Shown here piece after piece: positions 53,033 to 64,000 of a DNA stretch of 64,000 nt. Source of the stretch: Malacoraja senta (taxonomy: Eukaryota); contig CM075997.1 in the NCBI GenBank assembly GCA_038087875.1, positions 6,698,001-6,762,000 on the forward strand, given 5' to 3'. Numbering within the stretch: the stretch's first letter is position 1; each line of letters begins with the position of its first letter. The notes below the pieces were generated by a model. That model made no database searches. It was not told where the DNA came from and saw only the letters and a list, made by a program, of their open reading frames with translations. The position numbers and the translations under genes are program-made.

Positions 53033-56000
53033 TGTTGTCCATTCCAGATCTGCATCCCTTCCTTGGACTGCTAGTATAGTTAAGTTAACGCGTCACTGTC
53101 TCCCGGCAGACTTGATGCAGACCACGGGGATGAAAGCATGTAATGTTCCCTCCGCTTGTACTGCAATAAAGACTATGAGTTATTACCTCTGTGTATGGGT
53201 CTCATCATTCAACATGGTGTCAGAAAGTATGGAGCCCTTACTCGCCTAGTTTGGTTCCAATTTGTTTTAGTTTTTTTTTTAAACTTCAGTTCGTTTTTCA
53301 CTATGGCAGGTGCACTTCGAAAGCCCGAACCACTTGTATTTGATGACGACCACGCTGAGCGTTAGCGTATCTTTAAAGAGGACTTCACCGTGTATATCCG
53401 TGCAGCACATCAAGCTGCAACGCCAAATATTCGTGCCTCCGTTCTCCTCAATCTGGCTGGTACAGAAGCCACTCGACGTGCATGCCGATTCCATTACGCC
53501 CCAGCCCAGCTAAACGCTGCCGGTATTAAGATAGTCCCGGCAGAATCTATAGACTGAATAAGTTCAGACAACTGTGTGAGCTACGCACCAATGTCGTAAT
53601 GGAGCGCCACATGTTTTTTTTGCGCAGCCAAAGCCAAGGTGAGTCTGTCGAAGCCTATATCAGCCATTTAAAGCGCATCGCCAGCCTATGCGAGTTTGAA
53701 AATCTATGTGATTGTCTTATTCGTGATAGACTGGTTTATGGCATTCTCAATGATAAGATGCGTGATGAACATACGTGATGCAGACCTCACTCCGGAAAGG
53801 GATGAGAATCTTTTTCGCGTTGCAGAGAGGACAGACTCTCACACTAAATCTTTGGGGCCGGGTCCCCACACTGCCTGTGATCTAAATGTTGCCGGCACGT
53901 TTTTCCAGGTCCGGCGCCAGTCTCCCCAAGTGCCCGGCAAATCCAATGACGGATTTGTTAGTAATTGTGTGAACTGTTGAGGTTCGCATGCAGGCATTCG
54001 TGAACAATGCCCGGCTTGTGGAAAGGTTTGCCACTATTGTAAACGTATAAATCACTTCATCCGCTGCTGTCGCTCGGGTGGGAACAGAGCAGAGACAAAG
54101 CAATCAGTACACCTGCTACAGCCAGAACCTTCCCACGTAACTCCCACTTCAACCTCTCAGACTAACGAGGAAATGCCGCCTGCTACAGAAGGACTAAGTA
54201 TAAACATACAATCCTTGTCAGACTTGTCTTCTAAACACCGAGATCCCATTGTCACTCTCCTCATTTACGGGAATAGTGTTATTGCGAAGCTCGACACTGG
54301 AGCTCGTTGTAACGTTCTGTCCTTATCTGAGCTCCACAGGATTCGCAAAACCGAGGTCATCAATCAGAGCGCCGCCATGTTACTTCACTTTGGAGGGGTT
54401 GCAGTGCACCCTGTTGGAAGTCGAATTAAAGAGCCACCTAGAGTCACGTCTCTACAATCTGAGCTTCTTTATTTTCCGACAGAAAGTCACTTGTCTGCTC
54501 GGCATAGATGTCTGTAACGACCTAGGTTTGGTCACCTTCTGTACGGCGGTTCAATAACTGTCTACAACACGCAGCTCTACTCAACATTTCCTGGAACAAT
54601 ACGGAAATCTCGTTGACAACAAGCTTGGCAAGCTTCCCCTCAAGTACACGATCACGACCGACACTGAGGTCCTGCCAGTTATCCGTCCTGCACACTGGAT
54701 TCCCCATTCTATGCGGGGTCTTGTATAAAAATAACTCAACAAAATGGAGACTCTGGGTGTGATTTCCACCGTTGTTGACCCGTGGGTCTTTGTCTCAACC
54801 ATGGTCGTAGCAACAAAAAAGTCATAAGGAAGAAATACGGATTTGTATCAATCCCAAAAGTTTAAACACGGCCACCGAACGACCACACTGTCCCATGCGC
54901 ACTGTGGATCATGTTGGGCGAGGCAACAGTATTCTCAGTTCTAGATGTCAAGAGTTCATTCTGGCAGATTCCGTTGGATCACAACTCTTCAAAGCTAACC
55001 ACTTTCAGCACACCCTCTGGACGCAACAGATTTCGGTGTATGCCTTTCGACATAAACTCGGCAAGTGAAGTATTTCAGCACACCATGGAACAACTATTTG
55101 CAGGTTACCCATGCTCTATCATTGTTGATGATATTCTTATTGCTGAACAAACTGTCCAAGCACACGACGAGAATTTAAAGACATTTAAAAACAATCAGTC
55201 CCTAGTTCAACCGCCTAAAGTGCAAACTCGGAGTGAGCGAGATTCCTTGGTATGGGAAACTACTTGTGGAAATTCATTTCGAATTTCAGTGAACTATCGG
55301 ACCCACTGCGCGAGCTATCTCACAAAGACACTCTTTGTTCCTGGCAATGAACAGCAGCGGAGGGCGTTCGACTCCTAAACAACAAATGTTTTGTGCCGCG
55401 ACCCGCACCTACTTCGATGTTTATCTGCCTGTCACACTGACCTATGACGCCTCCCAGAATGGCTTAGGAACAGCTTGCCTCCAAAACAACGATGTGACGA
55501 ATACAAATTTGACTTTGACTTTGACTTTGAACGGGCACGGCAACAGACCTGTTGCCTATGCTTCTTGCACCATGACTGACAATGAACAACGGTACGCTCA
55601 GATTGAAAAGGAGCTGCTAGCGGTCGTTTTCGCCTGCAAAGATTGTTATGACTTCATCTTCGGAAAAACGGTCACGATTGAAACTGACCATCAACCCCTA
55701 ATCAGCATTCTGAACAAACCGATACACGCTGCTCCAGCGGGACTCCAACGTATGATGCTTCAACTACAGAATTATGACATTGATCCAACTTACAAACGTG
55801 GCAAAGACATGCACTTGGCTGACACCCTGCCGCGAGCTCCACTAAAGACCTGCGAGAAACCGTCCACAGATAATCACAATTTCTTTGTCATGATGGTCTC
55901 CTATATTCCTTCGTCCTGTTTGGAAGACCTGGCAGACCAGACCGCTGCTGACGACACCTTACGATCGCTCTCCTCTGTCACACAGCACGGGTTGCCAGAC

Positions 56001-56805
56001 AAACAATACAGTCTACCATTTCCAATACGGCCCTTCTTTTCCGTTCGTGACGAACTAGTACTACAAGATGGCGTTATCGTAAAGAGCCAAAACGCTGTAA
56101 TTCCTGCCCCCCTACACAGCAAGTACTCCGATGCTGTCAATGGGAGAGATCCAGGCGCAGAGGCAATCATTCTACGAGCGAAAATCATGTTTTTCTGGCC
56201 AGGAATTACTGACTATATTCGTAAGAATGTAGAGTCCTATGCGGTATGCAATAGTTTGGCACCACACCAACAGTAGCAGCCACTTCTCCCACACCGGGTT
56301 CCCGACGTCCCATGGTCTACAGTGGCAACCGACATTTTTAATTGGCATGGCAAACAATACCTGGTTCTAGTCGACTCTTATTCCGGATGGTTTGAAATTG
56401 ATCTACTCCGTAGCCCCATCTCCGCAGCGGTAGTCCAGAAGCTGGAACGCCATTTCTCTGTCCACATGTCTCCATATCAACAACTATATGACAATGGCAG
56501 TCAATTTACCAGCCAGTACTTCAAAAACTTTGCAAAACGCTGGGACTTTGGTCATATCACCAGCAGCCCAGAATACCCACAGTCAAACTGGCTGGCTGAA
56601 CGTGCGGTTAGGAGTGCCAAACAAGTGAGGGAATACCAACCGAAATCGAGCCCAAGCTGCAATAAAAACGATTCGTTCAAAAAAGATGGTATGAAAAGAC
56701 GACAGACACTACCACCACGAGCCAAGGGATAACTGGTCCGTCTGCAAACAAAAATGGTCAGGACCGGCTCGGTGTAACATCTGGAACTGCTCCCAAGCCA
56801 CGTTC
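53033..56805 (+). mobile_element. Older degenerate Gypsy (copy 4, least disrupted)
   Basis: LTR 53033-53214 with TGTTG...CAACA termini and PBS; no CR1 insert; ~340 bp extra gag; ORFs 55335-56276 (RNaseH) and 56322-56732 (integrase core). Confidence 0.9.
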
Positions 56806-56806
56806 A

Positions 56807-58370
56807 TTTGAATAAATTTGAATTTGAATACATTTATTGGACAAGTATTCACATAGATGGATGTTGCCTCGGCGCGCCGCCCGCAAGTGACACCATGACA
56901 TACAGTGACAGTTAAGAATGATACATAAAACATTAAACATTACTAATAAAAAATTATTGATTAAACATGTGAATCAAATAAAATACCAGAGCAAAAAGAG
57001 GCTACAGATTTTTGGTTATTGAGTAGAGCTACTACTCGTGGAAAAAAACTGTTTTTTTGTCTGGCTGTGCCAGCTTTGACAGTCCGGAGTCGCCTTCCAG
57101 AGGGAAGTGATTCAAAGAGTTTTTGGCCAGGGTGAGACTGGTCAAAGATGATCTTACCCGCTCGCAACCTGTACCTTGCAGTGTACAGTTCGTCAATGGA
57201 AGGAAGGTTGCAGCCAATAACCTTCTCAGCTATTGGACGATTCGCTGCAGCCACCAGGTGTCGTGCTTTGTGGCTGAGCCAAACTAGACAATGATGGAGA
57301 AGGTGAGGAGAGACTCTACGATGCCCGTGTAGAATTGGACCATCGTTGCCTGTGGTACATTGTGCTTCCTCCGCTGCCGCCGGAAGTACATCCTCTCTTG
57401 TGCCTTTTTGACTGCGGAGTAGATCGTAGCCCCCACTTAAGGTCCTTGTAGATGACGGTTCTCAGGAACATAAAATATTCCACAGATGTAACTGTGGTGT
57501 TGCTGATGGTCAGTGGGGTGAGGGGAGGGGGAGCTCTCCTAAAGGCTTCAATCAATTCTACTTTCTTAAGAGCATTGAGCTTCAGGTTGTTGCGTTGGCA
57601 CCAGGACACCAGATGTGACAAGTCCTGTCTGTAGGCAGATTCCTCTCCATCCTGGATCACTCCAATCAGGGTTATGTCGTCCGCAAACATGAGAAGCTTT
57701 CGAGAGGAGTCAGTCATTGGTGTAGAGAGCGAGTAGAGGAGAGGGGGGAGTATGCAGCCTTGCGATGCTTCTATGCTGAGGGTTTGCAGGTCCGAGATGT
57801 GCTTTCCCAGCCTCACATGCTGCTTCCCCTGTCAGGATGTTGGTGATCCACCGACAGAGGGGTTCAAGCACAGTCAACACGGAATGTTTGGAGTGTAGTA
57901 GCTCTGGCACAATGGTGTTTAATGCAGAGCTAACATCAAGAAACAAAATCCTCGCATAGGTCCCCTGGCGGTCTAGGTGCTGGAGGATGAAGTGCAGGCC
58001 CAGGTTGACTGCATCATCCACAGATCTATTGGCGAGATATGCAAACTGCATAGAATCCAGCAGGGGGGTCGTGATATTTTCCAGCTAGGCCAGCACAAGA
58101 CTTTCAAGGGTCTTCATGACTACAGAGGTCAGTGTGACAGGCCTGCAGTCATTACCACCGGTAATCCTTGCCGTTTTGGGTACAGTGACAATAGTGGAGA
58201 CTTTGAAGCAGGCAGGGACAGTAAAGGTTTGCAGGGACTGGTAAAAAACGTCTGTGAAGACCAATGCCAGTTGTTCTGCACAGAGATTAAGAGTTGAGGG
58301 GGAAACATTGTACAGTCCTGGAGATTTCCTGCTTTTCTCTCTTCTGAAAAGCCTCTCATATCTGGCCAGT
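56807..58370 (-). mobile_element. Rex1/Babar LINE fragment (diverged duplicate)
   Basis: Homologous to 10876-12450, with FADD motif and several frameshifts. Confidence 0.88.
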
Positions 58371-58911
58371 GCCGACGGCGGCACGTACAGACGCAATAGA
58401 CAGCACATCCTGCCTGTGAACGAACTAGCACCACATCAGCATCTTCCCGATCGCACGTATACTCTCATCCCCATCCAGCGGCACCGCCCCGACTACACCG
58501 CCTGGGGGGGGGGGGGGGCGGGCGCCGTGAGAGAGGGTGACAACAATGAACAATGGAGCCACCGTCGTGGTGAGACTGCCGGGAGGGTCGGAGAGAACAA
58601 AGCAGGAGCCGGGGTGGTCCCTGGTAACTTTGTCAGCGCCGTTTTTGTGGCGACTCTAAAGCCTTGTCACATGTGACAATAAAGTATTCCATCCATTCGC
58701 TGCCGCTCTACTTTTATTATTTTCTTTTCGATGCATGAATCGTCACCCTGGATACAGAAGAGTTTTCCAACAAGAAACGTAAAGTGATATATAAAAAATA
58801 TGAAATGTCTTAAGCGGAAAAGTTATAAAATTAAATGACATAACCACATTAAAGTTTTCGAATCGTTCATACTTCACAACACCAGTGGCCAGAGAAATAA
58901 ATTTCTGATTT

Positions 58912-59843
58912 CAATAGACAATAGACAATAGGTGCAGGAGTAGGCCATACGGCCCTTCGAGCCAGCACCGCCATTCAATCAGATCATGGCTGATCATCCC
59001 CAATCAGTACCCCGTTCCTGCCTTCTCCCCATATCGACTGACTCCGCTATCTTTAAGAGCCGTCTCTAGCTCTCTCTTGAAAGTATCCAGAGAACCGACC
59101 TCCACCGTCCTGTGAGGCAGAGAATTCCACAGACTCACAACTCTCTGTGAGAAAAAGTGTTTCCTCGTCACCGTTCTAAATGGCTTACCCCTTATTCTTA
59201 AACTGTGGCACCTGGCTCTGGACTCCACCAACATAGGGAACATGTTTCCTGCCTCTAGCGTGTCTAAACCCTTAACAAATTTATATGTTTCAGTAAGATC
59301 CCCTCTCAAACGTCTAAACTCCAGAGTGTACAATCCCAGCCGTTCCATTCTCTCCGCATATGACAATCCCGCCATCCCGGGAATTAACCTTGTAAACCTA
59401 CGCTGCACTCCCTCAATAGCAAGAATGTCCTTCCTCAAATTAGGGGATCAAATCTGCACACAATAGTCCAGGTGTGGTCTCACTAGGGCTCTGTACAACT
59501 GCAGAAGGACCTCTTTGCTTCTTTAATCGACTCCTCTTGTTAGAAAGGCCAAAATGCCATTCGGTTTCTTCACTGCCTGCTGTACCTGCATGCTTACTTT
59601 CATAGACTGATGAACAAGGCCCCCTAGATCCCGTTGTACTTCCCCTTTTCGCAACATTTAGATAGTAATCTGCCTTCCTGTTTTATCTACTAAAGTGGAT
59701 AGCCTCAAATTTATCCACATTAAACTTTATCTGCCATGCATCTGCCCCAGTCCCCAACTGTCCAAGTCACCTTGCATTCTCATAGCATCCTCTTCACAGT
59801 TCACACTGCCACCCAGCTTTGTGTCATCTGCAAATTTGCTAAT
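58912..59843 (-). mobile_element. Second CR1 fragment (diverged duplicate)
   Basis: Homologous to 12988-13927. Confidence 0.92.
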
Positions 59844-61834
59844 GGTCGAAGTACCATGGTCAGATCTATGGTATCGGTTTGATCGCCCATATTTCAATAT
59901 TTAGTCAAATGGAAATTATTTCTAAAGACGTGTTTCAAGGAACTGCAGTTGCTGGTTTAAACCGAAGATAGACACAAAAAGCTGTAGTAACTCAGCGGGA
60001 CAGACTATATCTCTGGAGAGAAGGAAGGGGTGACGTTTCGGGACGAGACCCTTCTTCGGATAATTGTTTTAGTCTGAAAAAGCGTTTCGAAACTTCACCC
60101 ATTCCTTCTCTCTCGAGATGCTTCCAGACGCAATGAGTTACTCCAGCGTTTTGTGTCTATCTTCTATTTTATTTCTGAAATGCTGATAATCCTGAAACCA
60201 CATATGTAATTAATTCAAAGAATGTATTCTTTTTTTGTGGGAATTTAAAGGGCGAAGAAAGGTGCGAATGGAAGAACAGGCAAATAAAATGATCGGGAGG
60301 CGCGGTTGTGCACAACTTTCAGCCACTATTTTCGGCTCTGATGCGTGGTGTCCTTGAGGTAAACTCGCTTCGATGAGATAATTTCGCCTACTGCAGCTTT
60401 AATCAGTAATGCCAAATAGCAAGAACGAACAACGGTTATCACAGCCGACCACATTTCAGAAACCAGCCTCCTCGCATGCAAAACTGCAAGATAAACTGTA
60501 AAGTTGAACTACTTTCGTGAAAGACGACGTTTTCTTTTACAAGCTATTGTGTAATTCATTTGTGTATTGGATGGAGAGGGATTTCTCGCTGTGGAAGCCG
60601 GAGTCGATATATTTTCCCCTGTTTCTATGCAAAACATTGAATTCCAATTCACTTTATCTGACACCAGTTTAAAAAAAGTTGTGCCAACTTCTACAGTTAC
60701 CACAGAAAGAGTTGCAATCGTGTCCCAGGCATCAATAACCCTTTGCTGCGGAATTATATTACTGCGATAATCAATTGTCAGTGCTGCGTTCTTTGGTGTA
60801 ATTTTTTAATTTAGCATTAAATTAGAACGTCGGGTGGATAAAACACATTTCCAATGGTCTATTCCTTTAATACAATTTTGTATTTACCGTGGAAAAGTAC
60901 ACGAATGCCGTTGATTTCAGGAACGCAAAAAGTTATGCCCTGAAGCATATCAACGTGGCGGTGAAGGACGTGCGGGTGTTGTTGAGCGCATAACATTTGA
61001 TAAAACTCATGAACTGACCTGGTGTAAACTAGTATACTTGGGCAGCAATCGTGGAGACTACCGAGGTCGTGGGAAAAAAATCTACCTTTCTTCGGGGTTG
61101 GTATTGGAAGACGAGAACATCACATACTGTACATTCATTTAACAAGTGTTGCAGTCTCAATTCATGGATTTACTGACTACTAAACGTGATATTAACGGCT
61201 TGAACTATACTGGGGATGATTCTAAAGGACACGATATATTTGTTTTTGAAAAATCATGGTCTGCTCAGGGACACTTTGAAACGCAACATTTGACTAACGA
61301 TATTTTGCATGGATTTTTCGTGGACGATTTAGTCTAAAAAATATGATTGTTTCGTTACGGTCTGACAAGTAGATTGGGGGGGGGGGGGGGGTTTGTGTGA
61401 GGATTGGACAGTGTGAACATTAGGAAGACATTTGATCAGATACGCTTCTCCAGTATGTTAAAATACAGTGGATTCACTATTGGATAACAAATTGGATACC
61501 CAATTGGCTTGGTGATTGTGGAGAATTGCTTTGCAGTTTGGAGACCAGTAAGTACTGGAGTGCCACAGGGAAGGTGATGCCTCCTTTATTGTTTGACATG
61601 TTTATTAATAATTCTTTGGAATAAACTACCAAATAATGTGATATAATTACATCGCTTACATGTGAGTTCGACTGATGCATTGCGAGCGAATAAGGGAGTG
61701 GGACCGGCTGAGTGGAATGGAGTGGGATAGGCTTAGTAATGATCAGGTTCAGCATGCGGGTTTTCTACGAAACGGTCTGTTGGCGTCCGTTTTATTCGAC
61801 GATTCTACAACTATAAATTAACTGATAGGCCCGC

Positions 61835-63495
61835 GAATAATTTTGTACCTGCCAAGTCAGTGAAACTACTACATAAGGTATCCAAAGTAAAATGAAATTA
61901 CTTGATATTGCGAACAACAAAAACATTGACTTTCTCCTGTTCACCACTTCGGTATCATCCTTAGCGTCGCTGCTGTTCCGAAGTTCTCTTCGGACTTTAT
62001 TTGACGCAATGATATTTTTGATCGTTAATCCATTGAACAGCAGAATTAAACAGATTGGTAATAAAGGTGTTAAGATACTATCCAGTATCTCGAATCCTTT
62101 CCACAAAGATGAAGTGAGGTAATCCGTTGGTAAGACGCAGCCCCATGGCACGTTGTTAATTATGACATCAGACTCCATCACGAAGTAAAAGGGAACGCCC
62201 CTGGCGCAGCTGTCTGCCACCACAGTCACCATGACCACAGTTGCAGTTCTCTCTTTGCAGTACCGTTCACGCAACTTTTGACAACAAATTGCAATGAAGC
62301 GATCAAAAGTAAAACTGACCGTAAGCCATACAGAACAATCCATGGTTATAACCCTCAGTACATTTGTCAGAGGGCATAACGGAGTAATGAGCAAGAAATC
62401 AGCATAAACATATGTATAATTAGTCTGTTCCACAATAGCAACAACGAAAACCACCATCAGGTCGCCTGTTGCCATTCCCATCAGGTAACGGGTGATGCAC
62501 TTGGAGAGTCCGCATTTTCCCGAGAGAGTATTGCGATCGCAATTGAATTGACTGAAAGTAGTTAAGAAAAATAAAAAGTTATGTGTATAAGTAAAAGTGC
62601 ACCTGCATCAAACTTGATCCGTTTTACTTTAGTTCCGCGCGGGAAACATATGCGGAATGGTTCTATTTTTTCCTGATGTTTTGTAGTTCTAGATGGGTGA
62701 GAATCTGAGAGGGGATTTCCAGGACGTCCACGCTCCTCTGCTCAGCTTCGTTCGAAGACACCTCGGACAGCAGTGACAATTATGCCGGCTATCTTGCCCC
62801 AGTTTGGAGCGGAGCACGTGAAGCCCAGGACCCACCTCCTCAGTTACAGAGGCATGATTCATGGTTTGCCTTAAAAAATTAAGTAGTATTGATGTTTGCT
62901 CTAAAAGAAACAGACATTGTGTTTCTCAGGGTGTAACATATTTGACAAGGAAACCACTGCTTTAAAAATAAAACTGGCTGAAAAACAACTAACCGGAACA
63001 ACAGAGCGAAGTTTGATGGTATTGCACACCTTGAAATGGCATTTAGAAAAGTAGTTTTGATTTCTTGTCTTTGTTCGAAATTACATCCGTGTGGGAAATA
63101 CAATGACACGTTCTTTAAAAAAGCCGTGGCGACGGTGAGGGATGTGTATAGAGTTGGATAACTCTGGAGATGCAGGTTCATACCGAAAAGAATATATGCT
63201 GACATTGCAAGAGGAATATGTTAATATCAGCAATAACCTAATTGATGCAATTGACAAAATAACTGGGCATTAAAAAAAAGTATAAACCTTGAATCCTGAA
63301 AATTCTAGAGACACTCACCTGCTGAAGCAGAATATGAGATGCATATCAGTGGGGGTTATGCTACTGTGCAGCACTTTCAACAAAAGAGACAACGTAATAT
63401 ATCGGAGCCAGCCCAAGTATCTTAGCATGGATACCAACCGCTGCAGGTACAGGATAGAATATTCTCGCAATGTGCTAAATGGGTGCATATCCCAT
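61835..63495 (-). pseudogene. GPCR paralog with both exons, disabled
   Basis: Exon 1 (63426-63495) has TAG at codon 7 and its donor GT is changed to CT. Exon 2 (from 62551) loses TM7 and the C-terminus by a ~237-bp deletion at ~61835. Confidence 0.88.
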
Positions 63496-64000
63496 TTTCC
63501 GGTGAGGCAACGATCTATTGTACAGAACGTTTCACTTCCCATATGCTCTGGTGATTAGATAACAAACTGTTATAAAAGAGAGGGAAATTCCACTGTGACA
63601 ATTAATGTGGTCATCTCCGTAGGGACCATTCACTGAACATACACTTACACTTAACTACTTTTACTCATTGCATTAGTGTGCAATTAATTTCTCTCGGCAG
63701 CGTAGGTTCGGAACACGTGGGCTTCATGTTGATTGTCACCTTCTTACAGGGAAATGTCAGGTCGTATTTTTAAGATCAATATTATATTTAACATGAACAT
63801 TCCGCTTAAATGAAAATTAAGACCATCAGTCTTTGCTGCCCAACTCTTCAATGCCGACTAAGATGTTTCTTTGATGTAGCTAATTTTAATTGTATGTGGT
63901 ACATAACCTTCAAGTCTATTCTTTCTACCAACCTCTGTCCAATTGTGTCTTCAACGTTGCCATCGTGTCCGCCAGTACAGATTCATCCTGCAGATCATTG

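Larger units (their letters stand above)
1..64000. repeat. Tandem segmental duplication array, four GPCR-bearing units
   Basis: Anchor agac(a/c)gtgaaggcgcaact at 1, 20884, 36848 and 52042; colinear content throughout. Confidence 0.97.

Overview
Eukaryotic (vertebrate) genomic DNA. The repeat content points to a cartilaginous fish, probably a skate or ray (inference): CR1 LINEs with (CTATTGT)n tails, Rex1/Babar LINEs and palindromic Penelope-terminus-like elements. The whole window is a tandem array of a ~14-16 kb unit, with the same anchor sequence at 1, 20884, 36848 and 52042. Each unit carries one minus-strand, two-exon class A GPCR of the GPR139/GPR142-like type amid transposon relics. Only one copy looks intact: exon 1 at 49394-49463 (not on the ORF track) plus exon 2 at 47618-48516, giving 322 aa. 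The other three are pseudogenes. Two near-identical copies share loss of exon 1 and a 16-bp frameshift, while the last has its own stop, dead splice donor and TM7 deletion. Segments ~13-29 kb and ~29-45 kb are nearly identical, either a very recent duplication or an assembly artefact. The first unit holds a young full-length Ty3/Gypsy element (3615-8360) with 204-bp LTRs differing at one base and a GTCAC target-site duplication, inserted antisense into an older related Gypsy. Presence or absence of CR1, L1 and Gypsy insertions orders the duplications. No prokaryotic features, rRNA, tRNA or CRISPR arrays were seen.
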